A stretch of DNA of 64,000 nt, from positions 37,386,001 to 37,450,000 of the forward strand of contig CDPCPM010000010.1 of the NCBI GenBank assembly GCA_976551045.1. Direction: 5' to 3'. The position numbers and the translations under genes are program-made. The notes below the pieces were generated by a model, which saw only the letters and a program-made list of their open reading frames with translations, was not told the DNA's origin and did no database searches. This DNA is from Glaucostegus cemiculus. Its lineage: Eukaryota. Of the stretch, positions 36,262 through 48,123 are shown one piece after another (position 1 is the first letter of the stretch; each line of letters starts with the position of its first letter).

Positions 36262-39064
36262 CTGTTTATATTTCTCGCTGCCTCGGTAAAGCAGCCTGCA
36301 TAATCAAAGTAGAGAAACAAAGGACTTTAGATGCTTGAATCGACATGAAAAACACGATGATGCTGGAGGAGCTCAGCAGGCCGGGCAGCATCCGTGGCGA
36401 AAAGCTCGCTGTGAACGTTTCGGGTCAGGAGCTTTCTTCAGGACTGAAGATAGGGAAAGGGGAATCCCAACATATAGGAGGGGAAAGCAGAGTACTGATA
36501 GGCGGAAAAAAGAGGGGAGGTGGAGTGGGAACAAGGTGGTGATAGGTAGATGCAGGTATGAGATAGTGATAGGCAGGTGTGGAGAAGGAGGTGAGAGCAG
36601 ATCCACTGGGGGATGGGTCAAAAGTAGGGGAAGAAGGGAAAAAGGGTAGGGGTGCAGAAAAAAGAAAGTTAGGGGCAGAAAAGTAATAAGAGAAGAAACA
36701 TTAAGGGAGTTTGTGGGGAAGTGGGGTGGGCATTACTCAAAGTGGGACAACTCAATGTTCTTGCCGTTAGGCTTTCAGGTTCCAAGACGAAAAATGAAGT
36801 GTTGTTTCTTCAATTTGTGCTTGGAATTCTCCTGGCAGTGGAAGAGGCCGAGGACTGACATATCACTGATAGTGTGGGAGGGGGAGATGAAAAGCACACT
36901 TGGAGCACCGAATGCAGTAGATGATATTGAGGAAGGTGCAGTTGAATCTCCGTCTCATCTGAAACGACTGTTTGGCTTCATGGATAGAGATGATGGATGT
37001 GGAGTAGGGGCAGGTTTTGCAACTGTTGGGGGGGGGCATTGGAAAGTTTCCGGGGTGGGAGCTGGATGGATGGGGAGGGAGGAGTGTACTAGGGAGTCGC
37101 AGAGTACGTAGTCCCTGTGAAAGGCAGAAAGAGGTGGGGAGGGAAAGCTGCTTGGTACTGGGGTCCTGTTGGAGATGGCACAGTGGCAAAAAATGATTTG
37201 TTGGATACGTAGGCTGGTGGGATGAAATGTGACGACAAGGAGGACACTATCACTGTTGGTTCTCGGAGGGCTGAGGGTAACAGTGGAGGTGCAAGAAATG
37301 ACAGACATACAGGTGCGAGCTCTTGCAGCTACATTCGGGGGCAATCCCCAGCTATAAAATAAGTTAGACATCATGGATGTCCTGGAGTGGAAAGCCTCCT
37401 CATGGGAGCAGATGCGGAAGAGATGAAGAAATTGAGATAAAGGGATAGATAACATCCTTGCAAAGGATAGGGTGGAAGGAGCTGTAATCGAGGTGCCTGT
37501 GGGCATCAGTGGGTTTGTAAAAGATGTCGGTGGATAAGGAATCTCCTTAGATGGAGATGGACAGATCGAGGAAGGAGAGAGAGGTGACAGAGATAATGCA
37601 AGTGAATTATCGAGCAGGGTGAAAAATTGTGGTGACATGTATGAAACTGCTGAGTTCCTCACAGGTGCAAGAGGTGGCACCAATGCAATCATCGATATAG
37701 TGGGGAAAGAGTTGAGGAATGGGGATGGAGTAGGCTTGGAACAGAGTCTGTTCAACGTAGCCAACGAAGAGGCAGATATAGCTGGGGCCCATGCAACTGT
37801 CCATAGATACGCCCTTGGCCTGTAGAAAGTGACAGGAATCGAAAGTGAAGTTGTCCAGGATGAGGACAAGTTCAGCAAGGCGAAGAAGAGTGTTAGCGGA
37901 AAGGGACTGGTTCTGCCTCTGGTCAGGAAAGAAGCGAAGGGCAGTGAGGCCGTCATGATGGGGAATGGAGATGTATAGGAACTGGACGTCCATGATGAAG
38001 ATGAGGTTGTACATGCTGAAGAATGTAAATCCACGGAAGAGTTGGAGAGCATGTGATGTGTCATGGAGAGAGTTGGGAAGGGATTCGACCGGGGAGGTCA
38101 GTATTGTGTCCTGGTACGAGGATACGAGCTCCTTGGGACAACAACATGCAGAGACAATAGGTCCGCTGGGACAGTCCTACTTGTGTATTTTGGGGAGGAG
38201 ATAGAAGCGGACAGTCCTAGGTTGCAGTATTATCATGTTGGGAGCTATGGAGGGCAGGGAGTAGGAGATGTCCTGAAGTGATGAGCTCATTGATATTGCA
38301 GGAGATAATGTCCTGGTGGTCCTTGGTGGGGTCATGGTTCAGGGGTAGATAGGAGTCAGTGTCCGAGAGTTGCTGTCAGGCTTCTCCAAGGCAGACGTCA
38401 GTCCACCAGACTACCATGGCACCAACTTTGTCGGCTGGTTTGATGACAATGTCAGGGTTGATGCAGAGTGAGTGAGGAGCTGAGCGTTCAGAAGTGGTAA
38501 AGCTGAAGTAGGTGAGGCGGGTAGAGAAGTCAGGACGGCTGATGTTACGCCGACGGTTGGCTATGAATAGATCCAGGAAGGGTAACAGGCCCGGTGGGGG
38601 AGTCCAGTTGGAAGATTAAGGCTGGATGCAGGAGAACGGGTCATTAGAAAAGGGAGAGGACGCCTTACCAAAAGGAGTCTAGTACGCGAAAAAGGAGTCA
38701 GTATCAAAGTCATCATCTACCCCGAACACTCTCTCTTCCCTGTCCCGTCAGGCAGAATATACAAAAGCCTGAAAGCACTTACCACCAGGCTCAAGGACAG
38801 CTTCTCTCCTGCTGTTATAGGTCTATTGAACAGTCCCCGAGGACGGTAAAATGGAAACTTGACCTCACAATGACCTCGTTATGACCATTCACATTATTGT
38901 ACGCTTGCACTGCACTTTATCTGTAGGTGTGACACTTTACTCTGCATTCTATATTGTTTTACCTCATACTGCCTCAATACAACGTGTAATGAATTGATTT
39001 GTATGAAAAGTATGCAAGTTTTTCACTGTGTAAGTGACAATAATAAACCAATTCCAATTCGAAT
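36262..39064 (+). mobile_element. Rex1/Babar-like LINE 3' fragment, split by a Penelope-like element
   Basis: 36262-36310 encodes SRCLGKAACIIK. 38711 onward resumes with ..PSGRIYKSLKALTTRLKDSFSPAVIGLLN, then a 3'UTR and an aataaa(ccaatt)n tail. Confidence 0.7.
36311..38702 (-). mobile_element. Penelope-like retroelement (RT plus partial GIY-YIG), decayed
   Basis: RT remnants MDVQFLYISIPHHDGLTAL..QAKGVSMDSCMGPSYICLFVGYVE..YIDDCIG; endonuclease remnant FNCTFLNIIYCIRCSKC; terminal hammerhead-like motif. Flanked by the direct repeat ATCAAAGT (36303-36310, 38703-38710). Confidence 0.85.
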
Positions 39065-41348
39065 TCCATTTTAACAACAACTTCGCCTACCCATTTCAAC
39101 CATCTCCATCATTTCTTAAATAAAATCAAATTTGTGAGGCAGAAACTCCCCGTACACAATCATGCCATCACCAACAATCCCTTACTTTTCCCAAATGCTT
39201 GTAAATTCTGACCAAAAGAATCTCCTCCAATAAATTCTCGACTACTCATGTCAGGAAACGAGCAAATCAGTATTTTGTTTGAATATTCTCCATTATTGCT
39301 GGACTTAAAACTCCAAACACATTCAGAAAACTCAGCAATATTCTGTACGAAGTATCCAACTTAATACACAGTACATGTAATGTCTTAGATGTTCGTCAAG
39401 TCCACCCTAGAATGCACCGTAGCATACCGCTTTTCAGGAGCATGCTCACTATACTCTTATCACTTGCTTGCACTTGCAGGAGAAAGAAAGAACTCACAGT
39501 GCCACAAATTCCACGTAACATTTTGCTGACTTGAAAGAATACTGTTGCCCCTTCACCGAGTCAAAATTCTTGGACTCCAAGAAATGAAGATCTGTGCACC
39601 CTTACCTGAAAGATTATAGTGGGTCAAAGGGTCATTTATTACCACGTTCTCAAGCACAACTATTTTTGGGATAAAATAAAAGAACTTGCTCAGTGAACCA
39701 TTTCCAATTGCGGGTAACAAAGACAAATATTTCAATGTCTGATGGTCTGCCAGGTTAAAAGTTCCATATAGTCAAGTGTTAAATCGTGGTATGTAACCCC
39801 GTTGTTTAGTGTTTAGACCGTAACCGAATTATGCTAAAGGCAAGCACTCTCTATTTGCATGCTTAACTGTATGCCTAGAGTTTCTCGCATGGTTATGTAA
39901 ACGTTGTATTTGTGGACAAGGATAACATTTAAACATAAAAAAACCCATTTAAAAGGCCCTTGTATTTTGATGGTCATATCAGGACATCGCAAATGCATTT
40001 TATAAACAATATTTTGAGATGTTATCATTGCTGTAGTTTAGGAAATAAAGCAGGCAGCTAGTGCATTGTCAAGTCCCCTAAAGTGAAACGTGATAATGAC
40101 CAGAAAACCTGTTTTACTAATACTGATTTACCATGGATTATCGATCTGATTTTTCTCGAAAGTGGCAAGATGTTATCATGCCTAGCTCAGAGAAGAAATT
40201 GACTCACGAAAACTTGTTAGCTCGAATGGTATCGCATTTGTACCAATTGCTTCGATTTTTGTGCATACCTCACTAGACTGAATTTTAAACCAATAATAAA
40301 GAAACTGTGAGAATACTCAACAGACAAGTCAACAGACGGTCAGTAACACAATGTTGTTGAAAAATGAGAAAACAAGCATGTTTAGGTGCATAAAGATTGT
40401 GGCGGGAGATCGGGTGAGACATGGTGAGAATAAAGGACATCTTTGTCATAGCAAACTAAAGTTGTCCATGGCCATAAAGATTTCCAGAGGTTCCAAAGTT
40501 ACGTCTGGAGAAGTTTAATTTTGGAAGAAAAGTGAGGATAATTGGCAAGTAGAAAAATGATGAAACTGTGAAGAAAAGGAGACACCAGTCTCTGGCAAAG
40601 TGAAACAAAAAAAGATTGTTGTACATGCTTAGCAGATTAGGTAGCATCGATAGAGAAAGGAAATATGAGTTATTGCTGCAGATGCATCTTGTTAGGACCG
40701 GCGTTGATACATAATAAAGATTGGGAAAGGAGTTTCATTGCTAAACTGCATATTGAGTAACGAAGACTAAACCTTGCAGAGATGAAATATATGGTTTTGT
40801 TAATCGAACGAACGTTAAGCTTTCTTGCAATAGTGGTCTTGCCCAAAGTCAGCTCGGGAGTGGAATACAGAAATAAAGTGAAGGGCGAAGGGAAACTGAG
40901 CGTCACACTGACAGACCAAATGGGAGTATTCTTCAAAGTGGTCAGCCAATTTACAATTTCATCTGTCAATTTAGGGAAGACCACAGTGTGACGACAGAAT
41001 GCAATGGACGGGATTGGAAGACGAATGAAGAAACTGTTTTTCACCTGGGATGGACTGTATTGGTCTTACAGGCGGGTGTGTTATCAATTGACCTACAGCT
41101 GACAGTATTGGTCAGCGGGGTTAAAAATGCTTCTCAATGTCTCAGATACATGGAAAACATTCCTGTTTCAGACATAATATAATTGTATAGTTACTGTCCC
41201 ATAAAGCAGTAGAACAAACATGCAGTTTGGAAATAGAATGAACACAGAAACTTAATTCCTGTGCCGTATACCTCGATAGATTTCTGGCGCAACAATATAC
41301 CCTTGTTTCCAAAACAGAACCGATGAAGATTTCCTTCTCTGTTTAAAA

Positions 41349-43817
41349 TCACCTCACCTCAGGCACACTGTATTTTTCAGAGTTCACCTTTCCAGCATTT
41401 TCTTTCGCAATAGATTCGTTCAGCACAAAATTCTTGTCTGCAGAAGTTCTACACTTGCTGGGGACGATACAATCTCTCTTGGTAGACTGTAATGTCGAAC
41501 ATGACTCGTAGCGGAATCTTTGGGAGAGAGGGTCACCCCCAAATACTTCAACATAGTTTGGTTGTATCTGAAGGCTTTTACTGGCATTCTGAATTCCATT
41601 CAAAGAATGTCTTGATTCAAAGCAACAACAAGTATCCAGTGAATGGTGCTGGTATACAATACCATTCCTGTTTTTGTGAACTTTAACGGCGAGGATGAAT
41701 AAAATTATGAGGAAAATGCTAGATGTTATTCCCAAGCCTATAACCAAGGAAATGCTCAGTTCAGGAGTGAAACTCGGATCGGGCGACGAACTACTGATAC
41801 TTGGGAAACTTTCACTGCCAGGCCCAACCACAGATAATACTATAGTCACAGTGGCAGAGAGTGATGGAATTCCATTATCTTTTACCACAACCACCAGTCT
41901 TTGCTTAGGGGCATCATTGCTGAAAATTGGACGGATAGTCCATATTTCGCCAGAGTCTGTGGATATAGTAAAGAGATCACGATGCGTGGCCTGAAAGATC
42001 TGATAAGAGAGTCGAGCATTCTGACCAGAGTCGGCATCAGTGGCCGAGACTTTGACAACTAAAGAGCCTGGTTCTGTGAACCTGGATATTGTTTCTACTG
42101 CTGTTGATCCATATTCGGGTAAAGGGTATGTAATCACTGGGGCATTATCATTCTGATCAAGAATAACAACATTCACTGAGGCATTACTACTGAGCGCTGG
42201 CGCACCAGAATCCCGCACTTGCACTTGAATGTGGAAGTTTTTCAATTGCTCATAGTCAAAAGACCTCTGAGCATATATGACACCACTCGCCGAATTAATC
42301 GAGGCAAAGGAGATTATTGAGGTATTCTGAACCACAGACTCCAGGATAGAAAAGTTCAGTCGGGCGTTTTCTTCAGCATCTGGATCGAAGGCTGTCACGG
42401 AAAATATGGAAGCCCCAATAACGTTGTTTTCCATAACATTTGCCGTGTAGACTGGGCGAGAAAATATTGGTGCGTTATCATTTATATCTGAAACCTCTAC
42501 ACGGATGGTTTTCGTAGAAGTGAGAGGAGGGTCCCCTTTATCCGTGCATATTATAGTAATATCATATTTGGCGATGTTTTCGCGATCCAGCATATGCTGC
42601 GTGAGGATTCTATAGTGGTTCATCACAGAGGAATCTAGCTCAAAAGGCAAGTGAGTTGAAATTTTACATTGTACTTGACCATTTTGTCCAGAATCGCTGT
42701 CCTCTGCAGTGAACAGAGCCACTGGAGTGCCTGGTGGATCATCCTCCGAAATTACAGATGAAGTAGATCGTAAAGTCACCTCCGGCGCGTTATCATTAAC
42801 ATCAACAATTTCCACCAATACGTCGCTGTACTCGGGTATAGCGCCAGAACCCTTATCTATCGCCTGCACGTTAATCTCAAAGGCACTGCTTTCTTCGTAG
42901 TCCAAGTTCCCTTTGAGTCTGATCTCACCAGTTTTGGAGTTCAGATCAAAAAGGTTCCGTACAGTAGCAGAAATATAGCTGCCGAAAGAATATATTATCT
43001 CTCCATTGAGGCCATCGTCCAGGTCAGTGGCGTTCAATGTGATGATCAGGGTCCCTTTCGGTGCAGACTCCAATAGACTGACGCTGTAAACTGACTGAGA
43101 GAAAACAGGCGCGTTGTCGTTTACATCCTTCACTATGATTATAATCTGAACCGTTCCCGATCTCGGAGGTAGCCCGCCGTCCTTGGCGATGAGCGTTAAA
43201 TTATGGATTGGTATCGTTTCTCTGTCCAAAGGCTTTTGTAACAACAGTACCGGCCGCTTGCCCTTCCCACTGCGGATTTGTACATCCAGACTAAAATATT
43301 TGTTCGGCTGCAGCTGGTAGGTTTGCAAGTCGTTAGTGCCAATGTCCGGATCGTATGCGGGCTCCAGAGGAAATCGCATTCCCGGTGCTGCAAACTCTAT
43401 AATTTCAAGGCGAAACTCTTTCTTTGCGAATCTGGGAGCATTGTCATTTACATCGAGAATCTCCACTTCCACTGGGTGCAGACTCAAGGGGTTTTCAAGC
43501 ACAATGTTCAGGGATAAGCGGCAATCGAGGTTCGACCCACAAATCAGTTCTCTGTCGATTATTTCCTTCACAAATAAAACCCCATTCTCCAAATTTATGT
43601 CGAAATACCGGTTCCTAGGACCGGGCCCGATCCGCAAACTGCGAGCCTTCAGCTGCTTTACTTCTAACCCTAAATCGGCTGCGATTTTCCCAACAAAGGT
43701 TCCCAGTTGTAGTTCTTCAGGAACAGAATAACGAATCTGCCCAGACACAGTACCCCACAAGCAGAACACACAGCACAACAATTGGCATTTTAGCAACCAA
43801 TATATTTTATATTTCAT
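41349..43817 (-). CDS. Clustered protocadherin variable exon B5 (822-aa ORF; spliced exon ends at 41358)
   Basis: Intact ORF with EC1-EC6, TM and cytoplasmic tail. Donor GAG|GTGAGG at 41358/41357. Confidence 0.95.
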   Translation of the reverse strand: MKYKIYWLLKCQLLCCVFCLWGTVSGQIRYSVPEELQLGTFVGKIAADLGLEVKQLKARSLRIGPGPRNRYFDINLENGVLFVKEIIDRELICGSNLDCRLSLNIVLENPLSLHPVEVEILDVNDNAPRFAKKEFRLEIIEFAAPGMRFPLEPAYDPDIGTNDLQTYQLQPNKYFSLDVQIRSGKGKRPVLLLQKPLDRETIPIHNLTLIAKDGGLPPRSGTVQIIIIVKDVNDNAPVFSQSVYSVSLLESAPKGTLIITLNATDLDDGLNGEIIYSFGSYISATVRNLFDLNSKTGEIRLKGNLDYEESSAFEINVQAIDKGSGAIPEYSDVLVEIVDVNDNAPEVTLRSTSSVISEDDPPGTPVALFTAEDSDSGQNGQVQCKISTHLPFELDSSVMNHYRILTQHMLDRENIAKYDITIICTDKGDPPLTSTKTIRVEVSDINDNAPIFSRPVYTANVMENNVIGASIFSVTAFDPDAEENARLNFSILESVVQNTSIISFASINSASGVIYAQRSFDYEQLKNFHIQVQVRDSGAPALSSNASVNVVILDQNDNAPVITYPLPEYGSTAVETISRFTEPGSLVVKVSATDADSGQNARLSYQIFQATHRDLFTISTDSGEIWTIRPIFSNDAPKQRLVVVVKDNGIPSLSATVTIVLSVVGPGSESFPSISSSSPDPSFTPELSISLVIGLGITSSIFLIILFILAVKVHKNRNGIVYQHHSLDTCCCFESRHSLNGIQNASKSLQIQPNYVEVFGGDPLSQRFRYESCSTLQSTKRDCIVPSKCRTSADKNFVLNESIAKENAGKVNSEKYSVPEVR

Positions 43818-44009
43818 TGCCAGTAGAAGTCATTCCAATGGATTCAGGCCCTGGCGATTTTCTTCATTGTCCTTTTTGCAGCGAGTCGGCGTTCAAAAGA
43901 ACAAAAGCGATACAGAAAATACTCATACCTCTTGCGAATCTCTCGAACTATTTCATTCAAATGCTCGCATTTTGACTACAGTTGTTTGATGATTCCTCCA
44001 AAAAAAAAA

Positions 44010-44178
44010 ATCCCACGGAGCTGCTGGCTATCCAGTTTTCACAGTGTCTGATCTGACGTGACGGCTGCTGTGTCGTGAAGGGGGCTGTCGGGATCACTAA
44101 TCACATCTCATTTTCCAATTGGTCGAGACGCTCATTGCTATTCTGCCAATCAGGACATTGCTTGTTTCTTAAAGCTGG
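44010..44178 (-). promoter_or_regulatory. B-type cPcdh promoter module (B5)
   Basis: TGACGT; TGAAGGGGGCTG (44076-44087); palindromic CCAATTGG (44115-44122); CCAATCAGGA (44146-44155); TTTCTTAAAGC. Confidence 0.8.
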
Positions 44179-46069
44179 AAGGATTTAAAGTTGCGCACGA
44201 TTGTTCTATTTATTGTTGCACAATCAAAATTTATTTCAGCGTTATAGATTTTTTTCTGATCTGGTTACTGTCCTGTCGATCTAGTTCTCGGAATTGATCT
44301 TTGAATTAATAAATTAAAGACCAACTATGAAGAATCAGTTTACGCAGGGAAAACAAATATGAGGAGCAAGAATGGTTTCAAGGATCCCCTCCTTTTGATC
44401 CACATGAACTATTTCTTCTTGATTTCCCTTAAACCTTCAACTTTTGATTGTTCTTTTTGGAAGTCATTTTTTCCTCTACGATCCAAGACGGAAAACGCTT
44501 GATTTTGTTGAGGGTTTGTCATTTCTTTTACAACGGCAGTGTACCTGGACGGTTGTTGATACTTGGAGTTTAAATGGATAAACTATTTTTGTGAAAATAT
44601 GCAGGTGTTAGAACTGCGATGTAAGTCATAAAATGCTGGAAATAGTCAGTCGGTCAGGCAGCATCATTAGAAAGAGAAATCTAATGCAGTATCGTGCTTT
44701 AAAGAACCCGTTAGATAAGTAGTGTTGGTATTTAATGCCTATCACTATCTTTTAAAATGGTGCTCATATGCTTTGGGTATACTTCTGTCAACGTTGGCAC
44801 CAGCAGCTTAAGCTGGTAAATCCTGCAAAGGAAGACACACTCAATAGTTTTTTTGTTGTAAAATTAATGGTGAGTGGGTGTAGTAAGTGAGCATGTTGTT
44901 AAACTGTAAAAAAAATAGGCAGAATCTTGCCGGGTGAGTCATACCATCAGGAATTGCGTTCGTGTTCTCCTCACTTCTGAACTTAGCAGGTCCAGATATA
45001 GAAAAATTTCTATGCTTGATCGGGCTCCTCCAACACGACTGCTCACGAAACTCCTCTGAAAACTCTGACGGCAGGTGAAGCTTTACCAGCTGTCATGGAT
45101 GCGTTTGCTATTTAATAGCTGCTGAATATATTTGAAGCTTGAACATAAAAATACACTCGAGAAATGAAATAATATATTTTAAAAGGAAATATTCAATAAC
45201 CTGAAAGAAAATTAGTTCCAAACAACCCCAGGCAGTCAAAAATATTTTTATAAACATTGAACCAAATCAAAGTAATTGAAAAATATCACAACATTTTCTT
45301 TCACCAGCCGTGCACCACACGTTTGAAATGTGCATATTTGCTGATGATCACATAACATTAACCTGATTTCAACATTTCTCTGCAGCAATCAGTGCCCAAG
45401 CGGAGCAAATCCGTGACTAGATTATTTTCAAGTATCTCCTGACAAGTGATTTTCAAACATGGCAACTACTTGACATTGACCTTCACCAACAACAGAATGG
45501 TAGCAAAGCCTTCTTGAATTCCATCAGATTATATGGTTGAAGTTAAGTTGATTTCAATAATTATCAGTATCTTAAATAAGCCAGGTAGATAAATATAGGC
45601 CAAACAATAGGCTAAATTGTGAGTATTTAGCAGTGACAATCCCACCTCTTGATTCCCTAAAACCTTTTCATCAGTTGGAAAGAACGGGTCAGTATTGCAA
45701 ATGAGCAATTTCCAGTTGTTTCGATATGGAACTTCAACAACATTCAAAACTTATGACACCATCGAAGAAAAAGCTCTCCTCTTTTCAATCACCACTTCAA
45801 ATACCAAGTTTGTTTTCTTTCGTTAGAATGCGTTATTGTCACTCCCTATGCTGCTTCAAGAGCATATTCTAAATCTCTGCCTCTGTAACTTCGGTGGATC
45901 TGAGCAACAGGTGAATGACAGCATAGAAATATTTAAGCGACCTTGGAGCCAGACTATTTAGAGTTGAGAAATATTATGATCTCATTATAATCACTGTCAA
46001 TGTTCCAGAATTCACTGCAAACTGCGTTTGTCTGTGAGCCTCCATTGACTAAGAGAATTCAAGGAAGTG

Positions 46070-47150
46070 ATGGAGTCACAGAGCACCGGAACAGGCTCTT
46101 TAGCCAACCATTTCCATGCCAGCAGTCTTCCGCGTTTTTGACAACTCGAGTACTGGCATGCATATTTCTGAAATGTCGTTAGAGACTCAATTTCAACCGC
46201 TCACTCTTGTGTGTTCCTGATTCCCACCACATCCTGGGTGAAAACAGAATACTCCCAGGTTTCCTCTAAACCTCATGACTATCACCATAAACCTGTTCTC
46301 CACTACACTCTCAGTCCTAATGCTGGACCTAGACCCGAAACATTGACGATCCATTTCCCTCATCAAATGCTGCTAGAACCATTGAGCTCTTCCAGCAGTT
46401 TCCTTTTACCCTGGATTCCAACAACTACATTCTCTTGTGTTACTCTGAAGCTATATTCTCTTTTCTTTGACACTTATGTTAATGGGAAAAGTTCCCTGCT
46501 TTTACCCTATTTCCTTCGTATATTTGTTTACCCGAATCAGGTTCTCCTTCACCCCCTTCTGCTCCAAGGAAAACAAATCTAACATCTGTATTCTTTCTTC
46601 ATAAATGGAACTCTCCACCGAAGTCACTCTCTGGTGAATCTCATTTGTCCCAGTTCCATTTCAGTCACATCATTCCAAACTCGTGGTGACCAGTACTGCA
46701 CAGAGTATTTCATTTGTGGTTTAACCAACACTTTATAAAATTGTACCACAACCTCCCTGCTTAAATCCTATGCGCCAGCAAATGAGGGCTCCTATCACAC
46801 AGAAGAGTTTCTGGAAGAAGATGTTGGAATTTGGAGCAACACACACAAAGTGCTGGAGGAACTCAGCAGGTCAGGCAGCATCAGTGGAGGGAAATAGACA
46901 GTCAACGTTTCGGGTCGAGATACGGCCTGGCCTGCTGACTTCTTCCAGCACATTGTGTGTGTTGCTCCTATCACACACGTCTTATTCATCACATATCTGG
47001 CCATGCCGCCGCCTTCAAGGATATTTAGACTGGTACACCAAGGTCCCTATGTTCCACAATACTCCATGAGGTAACACTATTCAATGAGCATGTCCAACCC
47101 TTTTGTCTTCCCAGAGTACATCACCTCACGTTCATCAGGATCTGCATTGC
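46070..47150 (-). mobile_element. Old CR1-type remnant carrying Penelope-derived inserts
   Basis: Collinear with 9.1-10.2 and 28.2-29.0 kb. An extra insert at ~46300-46440 is shared with ~63480-63620. Confidence 0.55.
46801..46963. mobile_element. Penelope-derived fold-back (inverted-repeat) insertion
   Basis: ~44-bp inverted arms at ~46832-46876 and ~46925-46968. Direct repeat GCTCCTATCACAC at 46788-46800 and 46964-46976. Confidence 0.7.
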
Positions 47151-48123
47151 TCTTCCTCATTATGCCTAATGAACACAATTATGAGGAAAGAATAATACTG
47201 TATGATTCAATAACATATCTCACGACTGAATAATAAAAACCTAAAAAATAAATCAGAGATGCATTGAAAAGAATAAAAAATGTATTGCAACAATCATTGA
47301 ATCAAGGTGAGAAAAGTACATCTTGGAAATTACCAAACAAATGACGGGACTGGACTGTAATTAAAATCTGGTGACTGCAATTGTTCTGTGATTATACTCT
47401 TAAGTACACGCACAAGTCACCCTATAATCATTAAAGTGCAACTGCATTGATTATGGGGACCAGTCATCATTTCTTACGCGCGAGTGGAGAGTGAAGTGGT
47501 GAAAACCTTCCAGCTTTTACTGATATAAATTCATCTTCCTGAAACACAAATCTTGTTTTTCCTTCCGTGCATGCTCTCTATTCTGCTGAGTAGTTCCCAG
47601 TAGATTACATTTAGCAATATCTGTATTTATTCTTAGCTTTAGGTATACCTGGTTGAATAATCATTTTGGGATGCGCTGAATACATGGTGATTCGCAATTA
47701 CCCATCAGCTTTAAAGTATCTCTTTTCAAAGGAATTGTGTTGAAAGTCTTCACAGAATTCATGTTCAGTCGCATGTTTGCAACTCGAATTAATGAGCAAG
47801 TATAAATTGCAAAAATGGGAGCCAGCTTTGATACTTGCTGAGTATATCGATAAATTTTAGAAGTCTTATAACGCCTCAAGTAAGTCAAGGGGTTGTCCAA
47901 ATCACTTTGTGAACAGGGATGATAAAGCATTGGACTTACATATAATCGTAAAGAACGAAACATAATAACATAATCAAATTAAACAAATAGGCACGTTAAT
48001 TGGAAACATATGCACGTCGATATTTTGCCTATGTTATTATTTTCATACAAGTCATTTAAATGTTCCGAGTAACCCAAATGCATATATGTAGCAAAACTAA
48101 TTTTATGCTGATGTCGCTTGTTT

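Larger units (their letters stand above)
35553..39260 (-). mobile_element. Old CR1 remnant, internally deleted and split by a Rex-like plus Penelope insertion
   Basis: 35553-36261 and 39065-39260 are collinear with the uninterrupted paralog at 19626-20940. Confidence 0.65.
4100..41480. repeat. Tandem segmental duplication of a ~18-19 kb two-gene cassette (copy 1 ~4.1-23.3 kb, copy 2 ~23.3-41.5 kb); older cassettes continue to the right
   Basis: Intergenic DNA is collinear apart from TE insertions: 6.4-11.6 kb with 25.6-29.9 kb, and 14.1-23.1 kb with 32.4-41.3 kb. 43.8-48.1 kb resembles 60.7-64 kb more distantly. Confidence 0.85.

Noticed and set aside
36955-38064. 369-aa Ser/Pro-rich ORF
   Set aside because: It is a frame-hopping product of the decayed Penelope element; the real RT motifs are in the overlapping frame 37607-38014.
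45529-45747. Similar short minus-strand ORFs at 45529-45747 and 62680-62961 as a conserved micropeptide
   Set aside because: The similarity is explained by the segmental duplication. Starts, ends and many residues differ, and the more distant paralogous spacers have no such ORF.
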